From: Candidatus Kapaibacterium sp.
GTDB taxonomy: Bacteria; Bacteroidota; Ignavibacteria; Kapaibacteriales; UBA2268
Assembly (NCBI GenBank): GCA_963665665.1
Contig: OY762428.1
Location: 4,288,001-4,352,000 of the forward strand
DNA: 64,000 bases
Direction of reading: 5' to 3'
The position numbers and the translations under genes are program-made. Below are positions 35,716 to 46,798 of the stretch, in pieces (within the stretch, counting starts at the first letter, position 1; each line of letters starts with the position of its first letter). The notes beneath the pieces are model-generated. The model was not told the origin of the DNA. It ran no database searches and saw only the letters and a program-made list of their open reading frames with translations.

Positions 35716-37665
35716 TTATGGTTTTTGGGATTCCACTTCTTCCATCTCTATCGTAAGTTCTTCCCATTCAGTCATTTTTTGTTCCAGCCCGGATTTCAAA
35801 TCATTATATTCTTTTGTCATTTCATTCATCTTTTCAATATCCGAGGCTTCAGGCGATGCAAAGAAATCATCCATGCGGGAAATTTTTTCCTCAAATTCAG
35901 TTATATATTCCTCAACTTTGGAAATTTTCTTTTTAACCCTGTTCAAATCCCTTTGCCAGGCTTTCTGCAATTCCCTGTCGGCTTTTGCGCTTCCGGGGTT
36001 TGTATTGGCCTTGTTATCTGCGGTGTTTTTCTTTTTTTCTTCCAAGGTGTTAAGCTGTTCAATATCCAGTTTTCTAAGGAAATCTTCTATATCGCCATCG
36101 TACTCCCGAATTTGTTTGTTCTTAAACTCTACTGTTTTATTCGTAAGCCCCTGAAGGAAATCCCTGTCGTGCGACACAATAACGAGTGCGCCGTCATAAT
36201 TTTTCAATGCATCCTTCAAAACTTCCTTTGCCCTGATATCAAGGTGGTTTGTCGGTTCGTCAAGTACAAGCAGGTTGGATGGCTGAAGAAGTAGTTTGGC
36301 CAGTGCCAGCCTGGATTTCTCCCCACCCGACAGGACTTTTACTTTTTTATCCACATCCTCTCCGCTGAAGAGGAATGCTCCAAGCAGGCTGCGAACTTTA
36401 CTTCGCATATCGCCTGTTGCAATATCATCGATAGTCTGGAAAACAGTTTTGTCGCCGTACAGCATTTGTGCCTGGTGCTGGGCATAATAGGAAATCTCTA
36501 CATTATGGCCGGGGATCATATCCCCGTCATAAGGTTCTTCGCCTGCAATTATTTTTGAAAGAGTAGTTTTACCTTCGCCATTTTTACCGACAAAAGCTAT
36601 CTTCTCACTTCTTTCAACAACAAAATCAATATCTTTAAGTACAAGTTTATCGCCGTAACTTTTTGACAGCTTTTTCATTTCAACTGCTACTCGGCCTGAT
36701 CGCGGCGGCTCGGGAAAGCGGAAACGGATGGCGCTGTTATCTTCCTCTTCAAGCTCGATCCTGTCCAGTTTATCAAGTTGTTTTACCCTTGACTGTACCC
36801 TGGTGGCAAGTGTTGCCTTGTATCTGAATCTTTCAATAAACTTTTCGGTTTGTGCAATTTTCCTCTGCTGGTTCCTGTATGCCGCCTGCTGCTGCTGCCT
36901 CTGTTCCTCACGTGCTTCAAGGAATTTCGAGAAGGGCAGGTTCATGTCATAGGTTTTACCTGAAAATATTTCAATTGTCCTGTTTGTAATATTATCAAGG
37001 AATCTCTTATCGTGAGAAACAATCATAACAGAGCCGAAATAATTTTTCAGGAAGTTTTCCAGCCATCGTATTGATTCAATGTCCAGGTGGTTTGTCGGCT
37101 CATCAAGCATTATCAGGTCGGGGCTTTTTAGCAGTATTTTGGCAAGTTCAAGCCTCATCTGCCAGCCGCCGCTGAAAGTATTAACAGGTCGGTGCATATC
37201 CTCGTCCGAAAACCCAAGGCCCTTGAGAACTTTTTCTATCTTTGCCCTGGCGCTGCCTCCGCCGAGTATTTCGAACCTGTCATTCAGTTCGGATAATTTT
37301 TGTACTAACCTTGCATAATCATCAGATTCATAATCACTTCTTTCAGCTATCTGCGCGGAAATTTCGGGAATACTTTTCTCAATATATTTTAATTCCTCCA
37401 TAGCATGCGAGGCTTCTTCAAGTACAGATAGTTCAGACTCGACTTTCATATCCTGAGGCAGGTAACCAATAGTATAATCATTTGGTTTGGCAATATTCCC
37501 GCTTTCAGGAAACTCCAGGCCGCAAATAATTTTCAAAAGAGTTGATTTTCCTGCACCGTTACGGCCAATCAAACCAATCCTGTCATTTGGCCTTAAGGTA
37601 AAGCTTACACCGTCGAAAATATATTTGCCGCCAAAGTGTATAGAAACATTTGCTACATTAAGCAT
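35716..37665 (-). CDS. ABC-F family ATPase
   Basis: Two NBDs (GRNGAGKST/FSGGWQMR/DEPTNHLD; GKNGEGKTT/LSGGEKSR), no TM segments, C-terminal coiled coil. Confidence 0.95.
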   Translation of the reverse strand: MLNVANVSIHFGGKYIFDGVSFTLRPNDRIGLIGRNGAGKSTLLKIICGLEFPESGNIAKPNDYTIGYLPQDMKVESELSVLEEASHAMEELKYIEKSIPEISAQIAERSDYESDDYARLVQKLSELNDRFEILGGGSARAKIEKVLKGLGFSDEDMHRPVNTFSGGWQMRLELAKILLKSPDLIMLDEPTNHLDIESIRWLENFLKNYFGSVMIVSHDKRFLDNITNRTIEIFSGKTYDMNLPFSKFLEAREEQRQQQQAAYRNQQRKIAQTEKFIERFRYKATLATRVQSRVKQLDKLDRIELEEEDNSAIRFRFPEPPRSGRVAVEMKKLSKSYGDKLVLKDIDFVVERSEKIAFVGKNGEGKTTLSKIIAGEEPYDGDMIPGHNVEISYYAQHQAQMLYGDKTVFQTIDDIATGDMRSKVRSLLGAFLFSGEDVDKKVKVLSGGEKSRLALAKLLLQPSNLLVLDEPTNHLDIRAKEVLKDALKNYDGALVIVSHDRDFLQGLTNKTVEFKNKQIREYDGDIEDFLRKLDIEQLNTLEEKKKNTADNKANTNPGSAKADRELQKAWQRDLNRVKKKISKVEEYITEFEEKISRMDDFFASPEASDIEKMNEMTKEYNDLKSGLEQKMTEWEELTIEMEEVESQKP

Positions 37666-38058
37666 TTATCGAATTTCAATATTGTTGTCAAAATCAGCTA
37701 CAAAGATAAGAAAAGATACAAGAATAATATTCATGATTAACGGTTTTATTTTATTGGTTCAGGAATTTCTTTCTGAAATTTAAACCGGAATATAATAGTT
37801 GTCTGCATATATATTTAATAATTGTTTTTTTACGGTATTATTCGAAAATTTTTGAATACTATTGCTAATTGCTTCAGTTTTTATTATATTATAACAGTTA
37901 GTATATGATACGAGTGATAACGTATTAGCGCGAACAAAAACCCAAAATCAAGGAAATAATCTATCATATCTGCTTTTCGGGTTGCAGAACTTCATGAATT
38001 AAGAAATTAAAAAACTTCTTTTAGGTGTTTGTTATATTAATATTCTTTGGAGTTTGCG

Positions 38059-39450
38059 ATGAAGATGCTTTGTACAATATTATTGACCCTTTTTGTTATT
38101 TCTATTACTTCTGAAAATGCTTATTCTGGTAATGCCAGGGATTTAATCCTGTCTGGAAATGCTGACGTTGTTGATTATTATATCAGCAAATCACTGAACT
38201 GGGGTGATTTTAAATACTCTTTTGAATATGGTGACAGAGGTAAATATACTTCATATACAGGAGAAAAAATTGAGGATGGGGAATTTGTTATTTGGGACAG
38301 GGGAACACTGAATTTTGACGATAACGGAAGGCTTATAAATGAGCTTTACGAATGGTATGAGGAAGGAATATGGTACAAATCTGATTTCGAAACTTTTGAA
38401 TATGACGACGATGGCAATATGACATTTTCACTTTATCAATACTGGGATAACGAAGAACTGAACAATGTTCACAGATATTATTATACTCATGACGACAAAG
38501 GAAATGTACTAACTGAACTTTATGAAGAATATTCTGTCGATGAATGGATAACTATGACAAAACGTACAAATACCTATGATGATAATTCAAATATGACAGA
38601 GCAAATTTATGAGAGAAACAGGAGCGGAGTTTTTGGAAACTATTTGCATTATTCATTTGAATATAATGATATAAACTTAAGAACAAATTTTAAACAGGAT
38701 ATTTGGAGAAACGAAGCATGGAGTGATTACCTGAAAGGTACATACTCCTATAATGACATGGGATTTCGTACTGAAATATTATATTTATACTTCAGCAACG
38801 GCGAGTGGGGGAATTATTCCCGTTATTCTTATGAATACGATGATAATGGAAACAAGATAAAAGATATGAATGAAAAATGGACTGACGGGGAATGGGTTCC
38901 AAATCTTAGATATGAATATGAGTACAATGAATTTAACAAAATGATATACTATGAAAAGCAGTCCTATGTTGAAGGAGAATGGATAAACGCTGAACGAGTT
39001 TTAACTACTTATGAAAACGGAAAAAATATGAAAAAAAGGACTTATGACGTATGGACTGCCGGAGCATGGATTCCCAAAGATACACAAATTGGTTATAATG
39101 ACGATTTTGACAATGATCTTATTGGGTACGGATACAGCATTGAATATTACTATAAGCAGGTGATGCCTGTTATGCCCGAACCTGATAACAAACTTAATAT
39201 TTCCTGTTACCCCAATCCTGCTTCTGATTTGATTAGTATCGAATTTACTACTGAAATTTCAGGCTATATTAACATCAGTATTATTTCAGAAACCGGGGAT
39301 GAGTTTTGTTCAATAGCAAAAAGTGAATTCAGAAACCAGGGAAGCCATGAGTTTGTTTTTGATACTATTCATCTTCCATGTGGTACTTACTTTGTTAAAG
39401 CAGAGATGGGCGGAAGAGATGCCGTTCAGAGGATTGTTGTGATAAGGTAA
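38059..39450 (+). CDS. T9SS-secreted protein with ~28-aa W...YxYDxxGN repeats
   Basis: Signal peptide, repeated W-x5-YxYxYD/N-xxGN units, type A CTD (CYPNPA...LPCGTYFVK...QRIVVIR). Confidence 0.88.
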   Translation: MKMLCTILLTLFVISITSENAYSGNARDLILSGNADVVDYYISKSLNWGDFKYSFEYGDRGKYTSYTGEKIEDGEFVIWDRGTLNFDDNGRLINELYEWYEEGIWYKSDFETFEYDDDGNMTFSLYQYWDNEELNNVHRYYYTHDDKGNVLTELYEEYSVDEWITMTKRTNTYDDNSNMTEQIYERNRSGVFGNYLHYSFEYNDINLRTNFKQDIWRNEAWSDYLKGTYSYNDMGFRTEILYLYFSNGEWGNYSRYSYEYDDNGNKIKDMNEKWTDGEWVPNLRYEYEYNEFNKMIYYEKQSYVEGEWINAERVLTTYENGKNMKKRTYDVWTAGAWIPKDTQIGYNDDFDNDLIGYGYSIEYYYKQVMPVMPEPDNKLNISCYPNPASDLISIEFTTEISGYINISIISETGDEFCSIAKSEFRNQGSHEFVFDTIHLPCGTYFVKAEMGGRDAVQRIVVIR

Positions 39451-39563
39451 AAAACATCCCTGTATCCCCTACATAAAAAAGTAGGAGAAAAGAAATATAA
39501 AAATATCGTGACTATTATGCTGTTTTAAAAATTATTTCAAATTTTTGAAAAAAACTAAAAATA

Positions 39564-39657
39564 TCATTCTGAGCGGGTTTGCGAGCGAAGAACCCATTCT
39601 TAAGGAGGCTATAAAAAGGAATTGGATTCTTCAGTCGCTTCGCTCCTTCAGAATGAC
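39564..39657. repeat. REP-like palindromic element
   Basis: TCATTCTGAGCG...GCGAAGAACC arm and GGATTCTTCAGTCGCTTCGCTCCTTCAGAATGAC arm form an imperfect inverted repeat in intergenic DNA. Confidence 0.65.
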
Positions 39658-39724
39658 CGATAAAGTAGATTTTGAGAAAGTTCCATTTTGTCAAATTAAA
39701 AATAACATTACCAGGTAAAATATT

Positions 39725-41620
39725 ATGAAAAAATTGATTCTGTTGATACTAATTGTAATGTCTTTTCCACTTCTCGGGCAGTCTCCGGATTTGAACCAAA
39801 GATTATATTATACATGCAAAATATGGGGCTATGCGAAGTATTTTCATTCGGAAGTATCGAACTGCAATGTGAATTGGGACAGTGTGCTTGCTGCAAATCT
39901 TTATGCGATTGGGAATGCTGCCGATTATTCACAATTTAACGATGTTCTAATAAATATTCTAAATGCAGCCGGAGAAATGGAAATTGCCGAAACCGATCCG
40001 CCGGATGATATTCCTTCCAAACTAAGGATAAACCTTGTTCTTGACTGGTTTGACGATGGTATGATCAGGGATGATGTCCGGGGAATCCTTTATAATATAA
40101 AGGAAAATTTCCGCCCTCATGAAAATTGTTATGTAACATTTAACAACGGATCAGGATACGGGCTTTTGTATTTCCCCAAAGACGATCCGATAATTGATGA
40201 AAATCTCTATACAAATTATCCTGATGAAAACACACGCCTTGCTGTTCTTTTCAGATATTGGAATATTATGAATTATTTCAATCCCTACAGCGATATTCTC
40301 GATCAGCCATGGGATAGCTGTCTTGTTAGTTCTATCCCTGATTTTATCGGCGCAAATGAATATTCGCAATGGCAACTGGCAATTAAGAAACTTGCCGCCG
40401 GACTTAATGATGCTCATGTGGAAGGCCTTACATACAGCCGTGAAAAGTTTGTAACCAATGATGTTTATCGTCCCCATCTGATACTTGGGTTAGGAAAAAA
40501 AGACTACATTGTTATGAAATCAGATTATCCGGAAATTAGCAGGGGTGATGTTGTTCTTTCCGTAGATGGCAAAAGCATGAAAGAATGGGAGGATAGCCTT
40601 GGGGTTTATATATCGGCGGGTAGTCACGACATAAAAAGAAGATATATTGCACTTTATTCACTTCTTGGCGAAAGTAACGATGAGCTTGATATTGAATTCA
40701 TGGACGATAGCGGCAATAATAATAAAATTACGCTCGGAAAAAATTTCAGGTATGATTCCTGGTTTGCCGACTATTATATTAATCCTGAAATGAAATGGAA
40801 GAAATATCATAAATGGGATTGCAACGTAGGCTATGTGAACATGGGGGAGCTTGTTTCTGATGATGTTACGCTGATGTACAATTATTTGTTTGATACTAAG
40901 GCAATAATATTTGATATCCGAAATTACCCAAACGGAACCATTTATGATATTGGAAATATTATTTATAAAATAAGTACTCATTTTGTTACTTTTTCCAGGC
41001 CGGATGTTCAATATCCCGGAACACTTACAGAGATTGAAACAAGTATTGGTACTGCCAGCCCTGTCTATTATAAGGGAAAAGTAATCATTCTATGCAATGA
41101 AACCACCCAGAGCCATGCTGAATTTACATGTATGGGGCTTCAGGCAATGCCTGATGTTTATGTTATTGGCAGCCAGACGGCAGGTGCCGATGGAAATGTA
41201 ACAGCTTTCGATATAAGCAATGATTTTATGGCTGGTTTTACTTCGCTTGGCGTTTTCTATCCCGATGGCGGACAGACACAGAGAACAGGTATCCGTATAG
41301 ATTCAGTAATGTATCCGACGCCGGAAGGTATCAGGAATAATCGCGACGAATTGCTTGAGTATGCCCTGGAAGTTGCAGGATGCGACCCCAATAATGTGTT
41401 TGAAGAAGAATTTATATCTTCAATGGTATTTCCTAATCCGGCTGATGAATTCATAACATTGCCCGGAGTTGATGGTAATATATTTATTTCAGATATTACC
41501 GGAAGGGTATTAATAAAAACATATATTGATAATAATACCAGAATTCCTGTTTCAAAATTAGCTAAAGGATTATACTTTGTCTATTTTGCCGATGGAATGC
41601 AGTATTTTATTAAGGATTGA
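39725..41620 (+). CDS. S41-family peptidase with T9SS type A CTD
   Basis: IWGYAKYFH, LNDAH, IIFDIRNYP, TQSHAEF, GSQTAGADGNV; CTD VFPNPA...LAKGLYFV. Confidence 0.9.
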   Translation: MKKLILLILIVMSFPLLGQSPDLNQRLYYTCKIWGYAKYFHSEVSNCNVNWDSVLAANLYAIGNAADYSQFNDVLINILNAAGEMEIAETDPPDDIPSKLRINLVLDWFDDGMIRDDVRGILYNIKENFRPHENCYVTFNNGSGYGLLYFPKDDPIIDENLYTNYPDENTRLAVLFRYWNIMNYFNPYSDILDQPWDSCLVSSIPDFIGANEYSQWQLAIKKLAAGLNDAHVEGLTYSREKFVTNDVYRPHLILGLGKKDYIVMKSDYPEISRGDVVLSVDGKSMKEWEDSLGVYISAGSHDIKRRYIALYSLLGESNDELDIEFMDDSGNNNKITLGKNFRYDSWFADYYINPEMKWKKYHKWDCNVGYVNMGELVSDDVTLMYNYLFDTKAIIFDIRNYPNGTIYDIGNIIYKISTHFVTFSRPDVQYPGTLTEIETSIGTASPVYYKGKVIILCNETTQSHAEFTCMGLQAMPDVYVIGSQTAGADGNVTAFDISNDFMAGFTSLGVFYPDGGQTQRTGIRIDSVMYPTPEGIRNNRDELLEYALEVAGCDPNNVFEEEFISSMVFPNPADEFITLPGVDGNIFISDITGRVLIKTYIDNNTRIPVSKLAKGLYFVYFADGMQYFIKD

Positions 41621-41745
41621 TTTTCAGAAATTATTGCAATACAAGTATATTTCTTCAACCGCGATATTTGATAATAAAATTTCAAAATTAGCCCCGGGAA
41701 ATTTCTTAATTTTGAAATCGTATTTCTTGGCTATTTGAAAATATT

Positions 41746-43212
41746 GTGAATGGAGAAATGATGTCGGGTAAAGTCTGTATAATGTGTTTCAGGATATTGA
41801 TAATCTTGTTTTCTTTTGGTTTTGCAAGTGCTGCGGATAATTCAGATATTATAAAATATCTAAACAACTCCGTTAATTTCTCGCCAAGGGTAGTTGCCGG
41901 CGGAGGGAACTCTGATTTAATTAATTCCTATGTTGTTAATGCCGTTCTGGATGTTAATCTTGGAAATGAATATAGTAATGTTACAATCGAAAATCTTTTC
42001 TATCTGAAAACTCCGGCTTCTTTAAGATCATTCGAATCAATCAATGATTTGATAGCTTCTCCGGATTTCATTAAATCAATCGATAAAAATTTTTCATTGA
42101 AATCCGAACCGAATGCTGACATACTACAGAAATTTTTTATGCTGCTGGACGACTTCGGAAGGGGAGAGGGCTACTTCAATAAAGGGGATTGCTGGTATTT
42201 TATACGTAATAAATTTTTCAGCGACATAGAGGCATGGTGCATAAAAGTTGATAATTCCGGCAGGATTGACAGCATTAACTATGTATATTCAATCAGTGAT
42301 GAGATTCCCGGAGAATTGTCCGGCAAAAGCATTATTCCTGATAAAAATTCGAGAAAGTATCTCAGCCCTGAGGACAGCCTTAAGATTAGAACTGAACTTG
42401 TAAAAAAAGCAGATTATAATTTTATTGTTGAAGAAATGAATCTTAACGCTGAAGGTATATCGGAAGAATTTGGATTTTTTAACGGAAGGCTTGATATTAA
42501 GAAAACCTATGAGGGCGGTGGGGGCGGAACTATGAATTTTAATTTTATTCTCCTGACAAGGGGAGATAAATACCATATATTCCAGTCCGGCAAAAGCCTG
42601 CTTTGCGATGATTTATTTGTTGGAGGAGTATTGAATAACATCACTCTGAAAGACGGAAATGATGCCCTTGCTTTTACCGCTGTAATCGACAGCCTGAATC
42701 CTGTAAGCGAGCCTGAAAAAGAGAACTGCCGTGTGTTCAATAAGGATGATATCTGGTTTTTCGTCAGGGAAAAAAGTTTTGACGACCTATATGGCTACAT
42801 GCTGAAAACTGATGCTGATGATAAAATTAAAATTATTGCCTATAATAAATTCAGTGAAGAGAATATTCTGAAATTCAGAATGAAAGACCCTGATTTCAAA
42901 GTGGATTATGCTTTTAAACTTGTTAAGCCTGAAACTAATTCAATAAAATTAAAAAATGGAGAAAGCCTTTCGGTTCAGGTAGATTTCAACTCTGAAGCTG
43001 CAAGTGCTGCCGGTGCATGGATACTTACAAAGTTCGATAATAAGAAAACCGGATTTTACGCCGGAACAAGCATTGAATCGCCATACATGGATGATGTGCC
43101 TGCAGAAGTTCTTACTCCCGGTAAACATATTCTTGAATACCTGCTGATTCCTTCCGGATCGGATACTTCGAATCCTATTGCAGGTGTAAAGATTGATATT
43201 GAAGTGAAGTGA
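41746..43212 (+). CDS. Hypothetical secreted protein with internal duplication
   Basis: Signal-like N-terminus; WYFIRNKFFSDIEAWCIKVDNSGRI resembles WFFVREKSFDDLYGYMLKTDADDKI; start codon uncertain. Confidence 0.65.
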   Translation: MNGEMMSGKVCIMCFRILIILFSFGFASAADNSDIIKYLNNSVNFSPRVVAGGGNSDLINSYVVNAVLDVNLGNEYSNVTIENLFYLKTPASLRSFESINDLIASPDFIKSIDKNFSLKSEPNADILQKFFMLLDDFGRGEGYFNKGDCWYFIRNKFFSDIEAWCIKVDNSGRIDSINYVYSISDEIPGELSGKSIIPDKNSRKYLSPEDSLKIRTELVKKADYNFIVEEMNLNAEGISEEFGFFNGRLDIKKTYEGGGGGTMNFNFILLTRGDKYHIFQSGKSLLCDDLFVGGVLNNITLKDGNDALAFTAVIDSLNPVSEPEKENCRVFNKDDIWFFVREKSFDDLYGYMLKTDADDKIKIIAYNKFSEENILKFRMKDPDFKVDYAFKLVKPETNSIKLKNGESLSVQVDFNSEAASAAGAWILTKFDNKKTGFYAGTSIESPYMDDVPAEVLTPGKHILEYLLIPSGSDTSNPIAGVKIDIEVK

Positions 43213-43598
43213 TTTTAAAAATATTATACTCGCTACAGCTTGACGATGGCGGAGAATATTGAATGCCAAAGATGTGGCAGCCCTGCTAAGAAAAATTATT
43301 CAAAATATATAATGTAGATATATATTTGATAAATAAAGGATGCCACATCACTTCTCCAAAATCTTGTTGTAAATCACTTAGGTTGCTTTTTTTCTTTCAT
43401 AGCAAACAAATTTCTGTTGCTTAGTATTGATATTTCATCTATTGTTCTGAATCAGCTGAGAAATTATTGTAAAAAAGATTACTTGCAAATCGAAATTCCG
43501 GCATATTTTGCAATTCCGCTATTCCTCATAATGCATTATTTAAATCTATAAATGTATCTTTTTCCCGGAAAGAGTGAAATAACGGCTTAAAAGATAAT

Positions 43599-43861
43599 TC
43601 GGGAAGCACAAACCAATGCTCAGGAAGCACAAACCAACGCTCGGGAAGCACAAACCAACGCTCAGATGGCACAAACCAACGCTCGGGAAGCACAAACCAA
43701 CGCTCGGGAAGCACAAACCAATGCTCGGGAAGCACAAACCAACGCTCAGATGACACAAACCAACGCTCGGGAAGCACAAACCAATGCTCGGGAAGCACAA
43801 ACCAATGCTCGGGAAGCACAAACCAATGCTCGGGAAGCACAAACCAACGCTCAGATGACAC
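43599..43861. repeat. 21-bp tandem repeat, 12.5 copies
   Basis: Consensus TCGGGAAGCACAAACCAAYGC, with a TCAGATGRCAC variant at units 4, 8 and 13. Confidence 0.97.
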
Positions 43862-43927
43862 GAAATATTGGCATTAAAAAAAATCATACCAGTCCTGAAT
43901 GATAAAGAATATCATAAAAGCTCTACA

Positions 43928-43953
43928 GGATGGGCTTACTGCAAAGCCCATCC
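43928..43953. other. Perfect 10-bp hairpin next to the tandem array
   Basis: GGATGGGCTT-ACTGCA-AAGCCCATCC. Confidence 0.6.
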
Positions 43954-44067
43954 CTTCGGGGAGGCTCGGCCACTTACGATGGTTGGGAAGGGGTTGGAAA
44001 CTGAATTGGAATAATCAAAAATTGTGACATAAAAAAAATTAAGTGGATTGAAGATATCCTGAAAATT

Positions 44068-44107
44068 AAAAAGGCCCCCCTGAATTATCGGGAGGCCTTG
44101 ATTTTTA
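44068..44107 (-). terminator. Terminator after sdhB
   Basis: AAGGCC(CCCC)/(GGGA)GGCCTT stem flanked by A and T tracts. Confidence 0.7.
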
Positions 44108-44120
44108 TATAGCAATAACT

Positions 44121-44879
44121 TTATTGTTCAACATCATCTAACGAGAACATCGCCCTCATGTATTCTTTATTCATAAGAGATATGAAATTGACAGAAATTG
44201 ATTTCGGGCATGCAGCCTCGCACTCGTAGAAGTTTGTGCAGGCACCGAAACCTTCTTTTTCCATCTGAGCAATCATTGCTTTGGCTCTTTTCTTGCGTTC
44301 TGCTTTGCCCTGGGGCAGCAATGCAAGCTGGCCTATCTTGGCAGAAGTAAACAACATCGCAGCCCCGTTCGGACATGAAGCCACGCAGGCTCCGCAGCCG
44401 ATACAGGCAGCCGCGTCCATTGCCTTGTCGGCATTTGCCTTCGAGATCGGAATTGCATTCGCATCCTGAGGGGATCCGGTATTAACAGATACAAAGCCCC
44501 CGGCCTGGATAATACGGTCGAAAGCGCTGCGGTCTGTTATCAGGTCTTTTATTACCGGGAAAGCTTTCGATCTGAAAGGTTCCACGTATATTGTTTCGCC
44601 GTCTTTGAACTTCCTCATGTGAAGCTGACAGGTAGTTGTGGACCTTTCCGGCCCGTGTGGCGTTCCGTTGATCGTAAGGGAACAGGCGCCGCAAATACCT
44701 TCTCGGCAGTCGTGGTCGAATGCCACAGGTTCTTTGTTTTCTTTTATGAGTTTTTCATTCAGGATGTCCAGCATTTCCAGGAAGGACATATCCTCGCTGA
44801 CATCATCGAGTTTATAATTTTCGAAATGTCCTTTGTCTTTAGGCCCTTTTTGCCTCCAAACATACAGATTTATTTTCAT
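44121..44879 (-). CDS. sdhB: Succinate dehydrogenase/fumarate reductase iron-sulfur subunit
   Basis: DCREGICGAC, CIGCGACVASCP, CTNFYECEAACP. Confidence 0.96.
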   Translation of the reverse strand: MKINLYVWRQKGPKDKGHFENYKLDDVSEDMSFLEMLDILNEKLIKENKEPVAFDHDCREGICGACSLTINGTPHGPERSTTTCQLHMRKFKDGETIYVEPFRSKAFPVIKDLITDRSAFDRIIQAGGFVSVNTGSPQDANAIPISKANADKAMDAAACIGCGACVASCPNGAAMLFTSAKIGQLALLPQGKAERKKRAKAMIAQMEKEGFGACTNFYECEAACPKSISVNFISLMNKEYMRAMFSLDDVEQ

Positions 44880-46798
44880 TATTTGTAACTCCTCACCGCA
44901 AGTTTAACATTTTCAAATTCAAGCGGTTCAATATGCCTTTCCGGTTTAACTCCGACGCCTTTGTATTCCCACGCTGCAACGTGCGAGAAGTCTTCGTCGT
45001 TTCTTTCAGCTTCGCCTTCCTCGGTCTGGTATTCCTCACGGAAGTGGGCGCCACAGGATTCTCTTCTTTCCAGGGCATCCCAGGCCATAACTTCGGCAAA
45101 TTCCAGGAAGTCGGCAACTCTTGATGCTTTTTCCAGTCCAACGTTAAGGTCTTTGGATTCGCCGGTAACATTAACGTTTTTCCAGAATTCCTCGCGGATC
45201 TTAGGTATTTCATCCAGAACTTTCTTCAAGCCTGCTTCGTTCCTGCCCATACCAACGTTATCCCACATAACGGCTCCAAGCTCGCGGTGGAATTCCGACG
45301 GAGTTCTTTTACCGTTGATGGACAGAAGCTGGTTAAGTTTGTCTTCAACTTCCTTTTCGGCTTTCTTGAATTCCGGATGATTCTCATCAACTTTGTCAAG
45401 TCCGCCCTGAGCAAGGTAATGTCCGATAGTGTATGGAATAACGAAGTAACCGTCTGCAAGGCCCTGCATCAGTGCGCTGGCACCGAGCCTGTTGGCTCCA
45501 TGGTCAGAGAAGTTGGCTTCTCCGAGAACATGCAGTCCGGGTATTGTTGACATCAGGTTATAATCAACCCAAAGGCCGCCCATTGTATAGTGGGATGCCG
45601 GGTATATTTGCATCGGTGTTGTATATGGATCATCGCCGGTGATTCTTTCGTACATTTCAAACAGGTTGCCGTAGCGCTCTTCAATCGTGCTCTTGCCAAG
45701 CCTGTTAATTGCATCTGCAAAGTCCAGATATACTCCATATCCTGTTGCGCTTACGCCGCGGCCGTCGTCACATACTTCCTTGGCTGAACGGGATGAAATA
45801 TCCCTTGGTGAAAGGTTACCGAAGCTTGGGTATTTTCTTTCCAGATAATAATCTCTTTCATTTTCAGGAATCTGGTTTGGCGGCCTTTTGTCTCCCTGGT
45901 TCTTAGGAACCCAGATACGGCCGTCGTTACGGAGAGATTCCGACATAAGAGTCAGTTTGGACTGATGATCACCGCTAACCGGGATACATGTAGGGTGAAT
46001 CTGTGTATAGCACGGGTTTGCAAATGCAGCGCCTTTTTTATATGCTCTGTAAGCTGCTGTTACATTACAAGCTTGGGCATTAGTTGACAGGAAGAATACG
46101 TTGCCGTAACCACCCGTTGCCAGGCAAACAGCGTCGCCCCAGTGGGATTCCAGTTTGCCGGTAACAAGGTCGCGTGTAACGATCCCGCGTGCTTTGCCGT
46201 CGATAATAACAACGTCCATCATTTCTTTACGTGTGTGCATTTTTACTTTGCCGGCTCCTACTTGTCTTGAAAGTGCAGAGTATGCTCCAAGCAGAAGCTG
46301 CTGGCCCGTTTGGCCGCGAGCGTAAAATGTACGGGAAACCTGAGCGCCTCCGAATGAGCGGTTGGCAAGTGTTCCGCCGTATTCACGGGCAAAAGGAACA
46401 CCCTGAGCCACACACTGGTCAATAATATTATTGGATACCTGAGCGAGGCGGTAAACGTTGGCTTCGCGTGAACGGAAGTCACCGCCCTTTACGGTATCGT
46501 AAAAAAGCCGCCAGATGCTATCGCCGTCATTTTGATAATTTTTGGCAGCATTTATACCGCCCTGTGCGGCTATAGAGTGTGCACGGCGGGCACTGTCGTT
46601 GTAAGTAAATGCTTCCACATTGTATCCAAGCTCTGCAAATGAAGCCGCTGCTGCGCCTCCGGCAAGCCCGGTTCCAACAACAAGTATCTTATATTTTCTT
46701 TTGTTCGCGGGGTTGATCAGTTTCATATCGAAACGATGGTTGTCCCATTTATTTTGAATCGGCCCCGAAGGAATTTTTGAATCTAATTTCACAGGCAA
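44879..46798 (-). CDS. sdhA: Succinate dehydrogenase/fumarate reductase flavoprotein subunit
   Basis: [51 protein letters not shown]. Confidence 0.97.
   Translation of the reverse strand: MPVKLDSKIPSGPIQNKWDNHRFDMKLINPANKRKYKILVVGTGLAGGAAAASFAELGYNVEAFTYNDSARRAHSIAAQGGINAAKNYQNDGDSIWRLFYDTVKGGDFRSREANVYRLAQVSNNIIDQCVAQGVPFAREYGGTLANRSFGGAQVSRTFYARGQTGQQLLLGAYSALSRQVGAGKVKMHTRKEMMDVVIIDGKARGIVTRDLVTGKLESHWGDAVCLATGGYGNVFFLSTNAQACNVTAAYRAYKKGAAFANPCYTQIHPTCIPVSGDHQSKLTLMSESLRNDGRIWVPKNQGDKRPPNQIPENERDYYLERKYPSFGNLSPRDISSRSAKEVCDDGRGVSATGYGVYLDFADAINRLGKSTIEERYGNLFEMYERITGDDPYTTPMQIYPASHYTMGGLWVDYNLMSTIPGLHVLGEANFSDHGANRLGASALMQGLADGYFVIPYTIGHYLAQGGLDKVDENHPEFKKAEKEVEDKLNQLLSINGKRTPSEFHRELGAVMWDNVGMGRNEAGLKKVLDEIPKIREEFWKNVNVTGESKDLNVGLEKASRVADFLEFAEVMAWDALERRESCGAHFREEYQTEEGEAERNDEDFSHVAAWEYKGVGVKPERHIEPLEFENVKLAVRSYK

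Noticed and set aside
35635-36294. 219-aa ORF on the + strand
   Set aside because: Overlaps the tRNA and is antisense to the ABC-F gene; shadow ORF. The same applies to the many short ORFs inside sdhA and the che genes.
43599-43861. CRISPR array
   Set aside because: Units are contiguous 21-mers with no unique spacers, and no cas genes are in the window.
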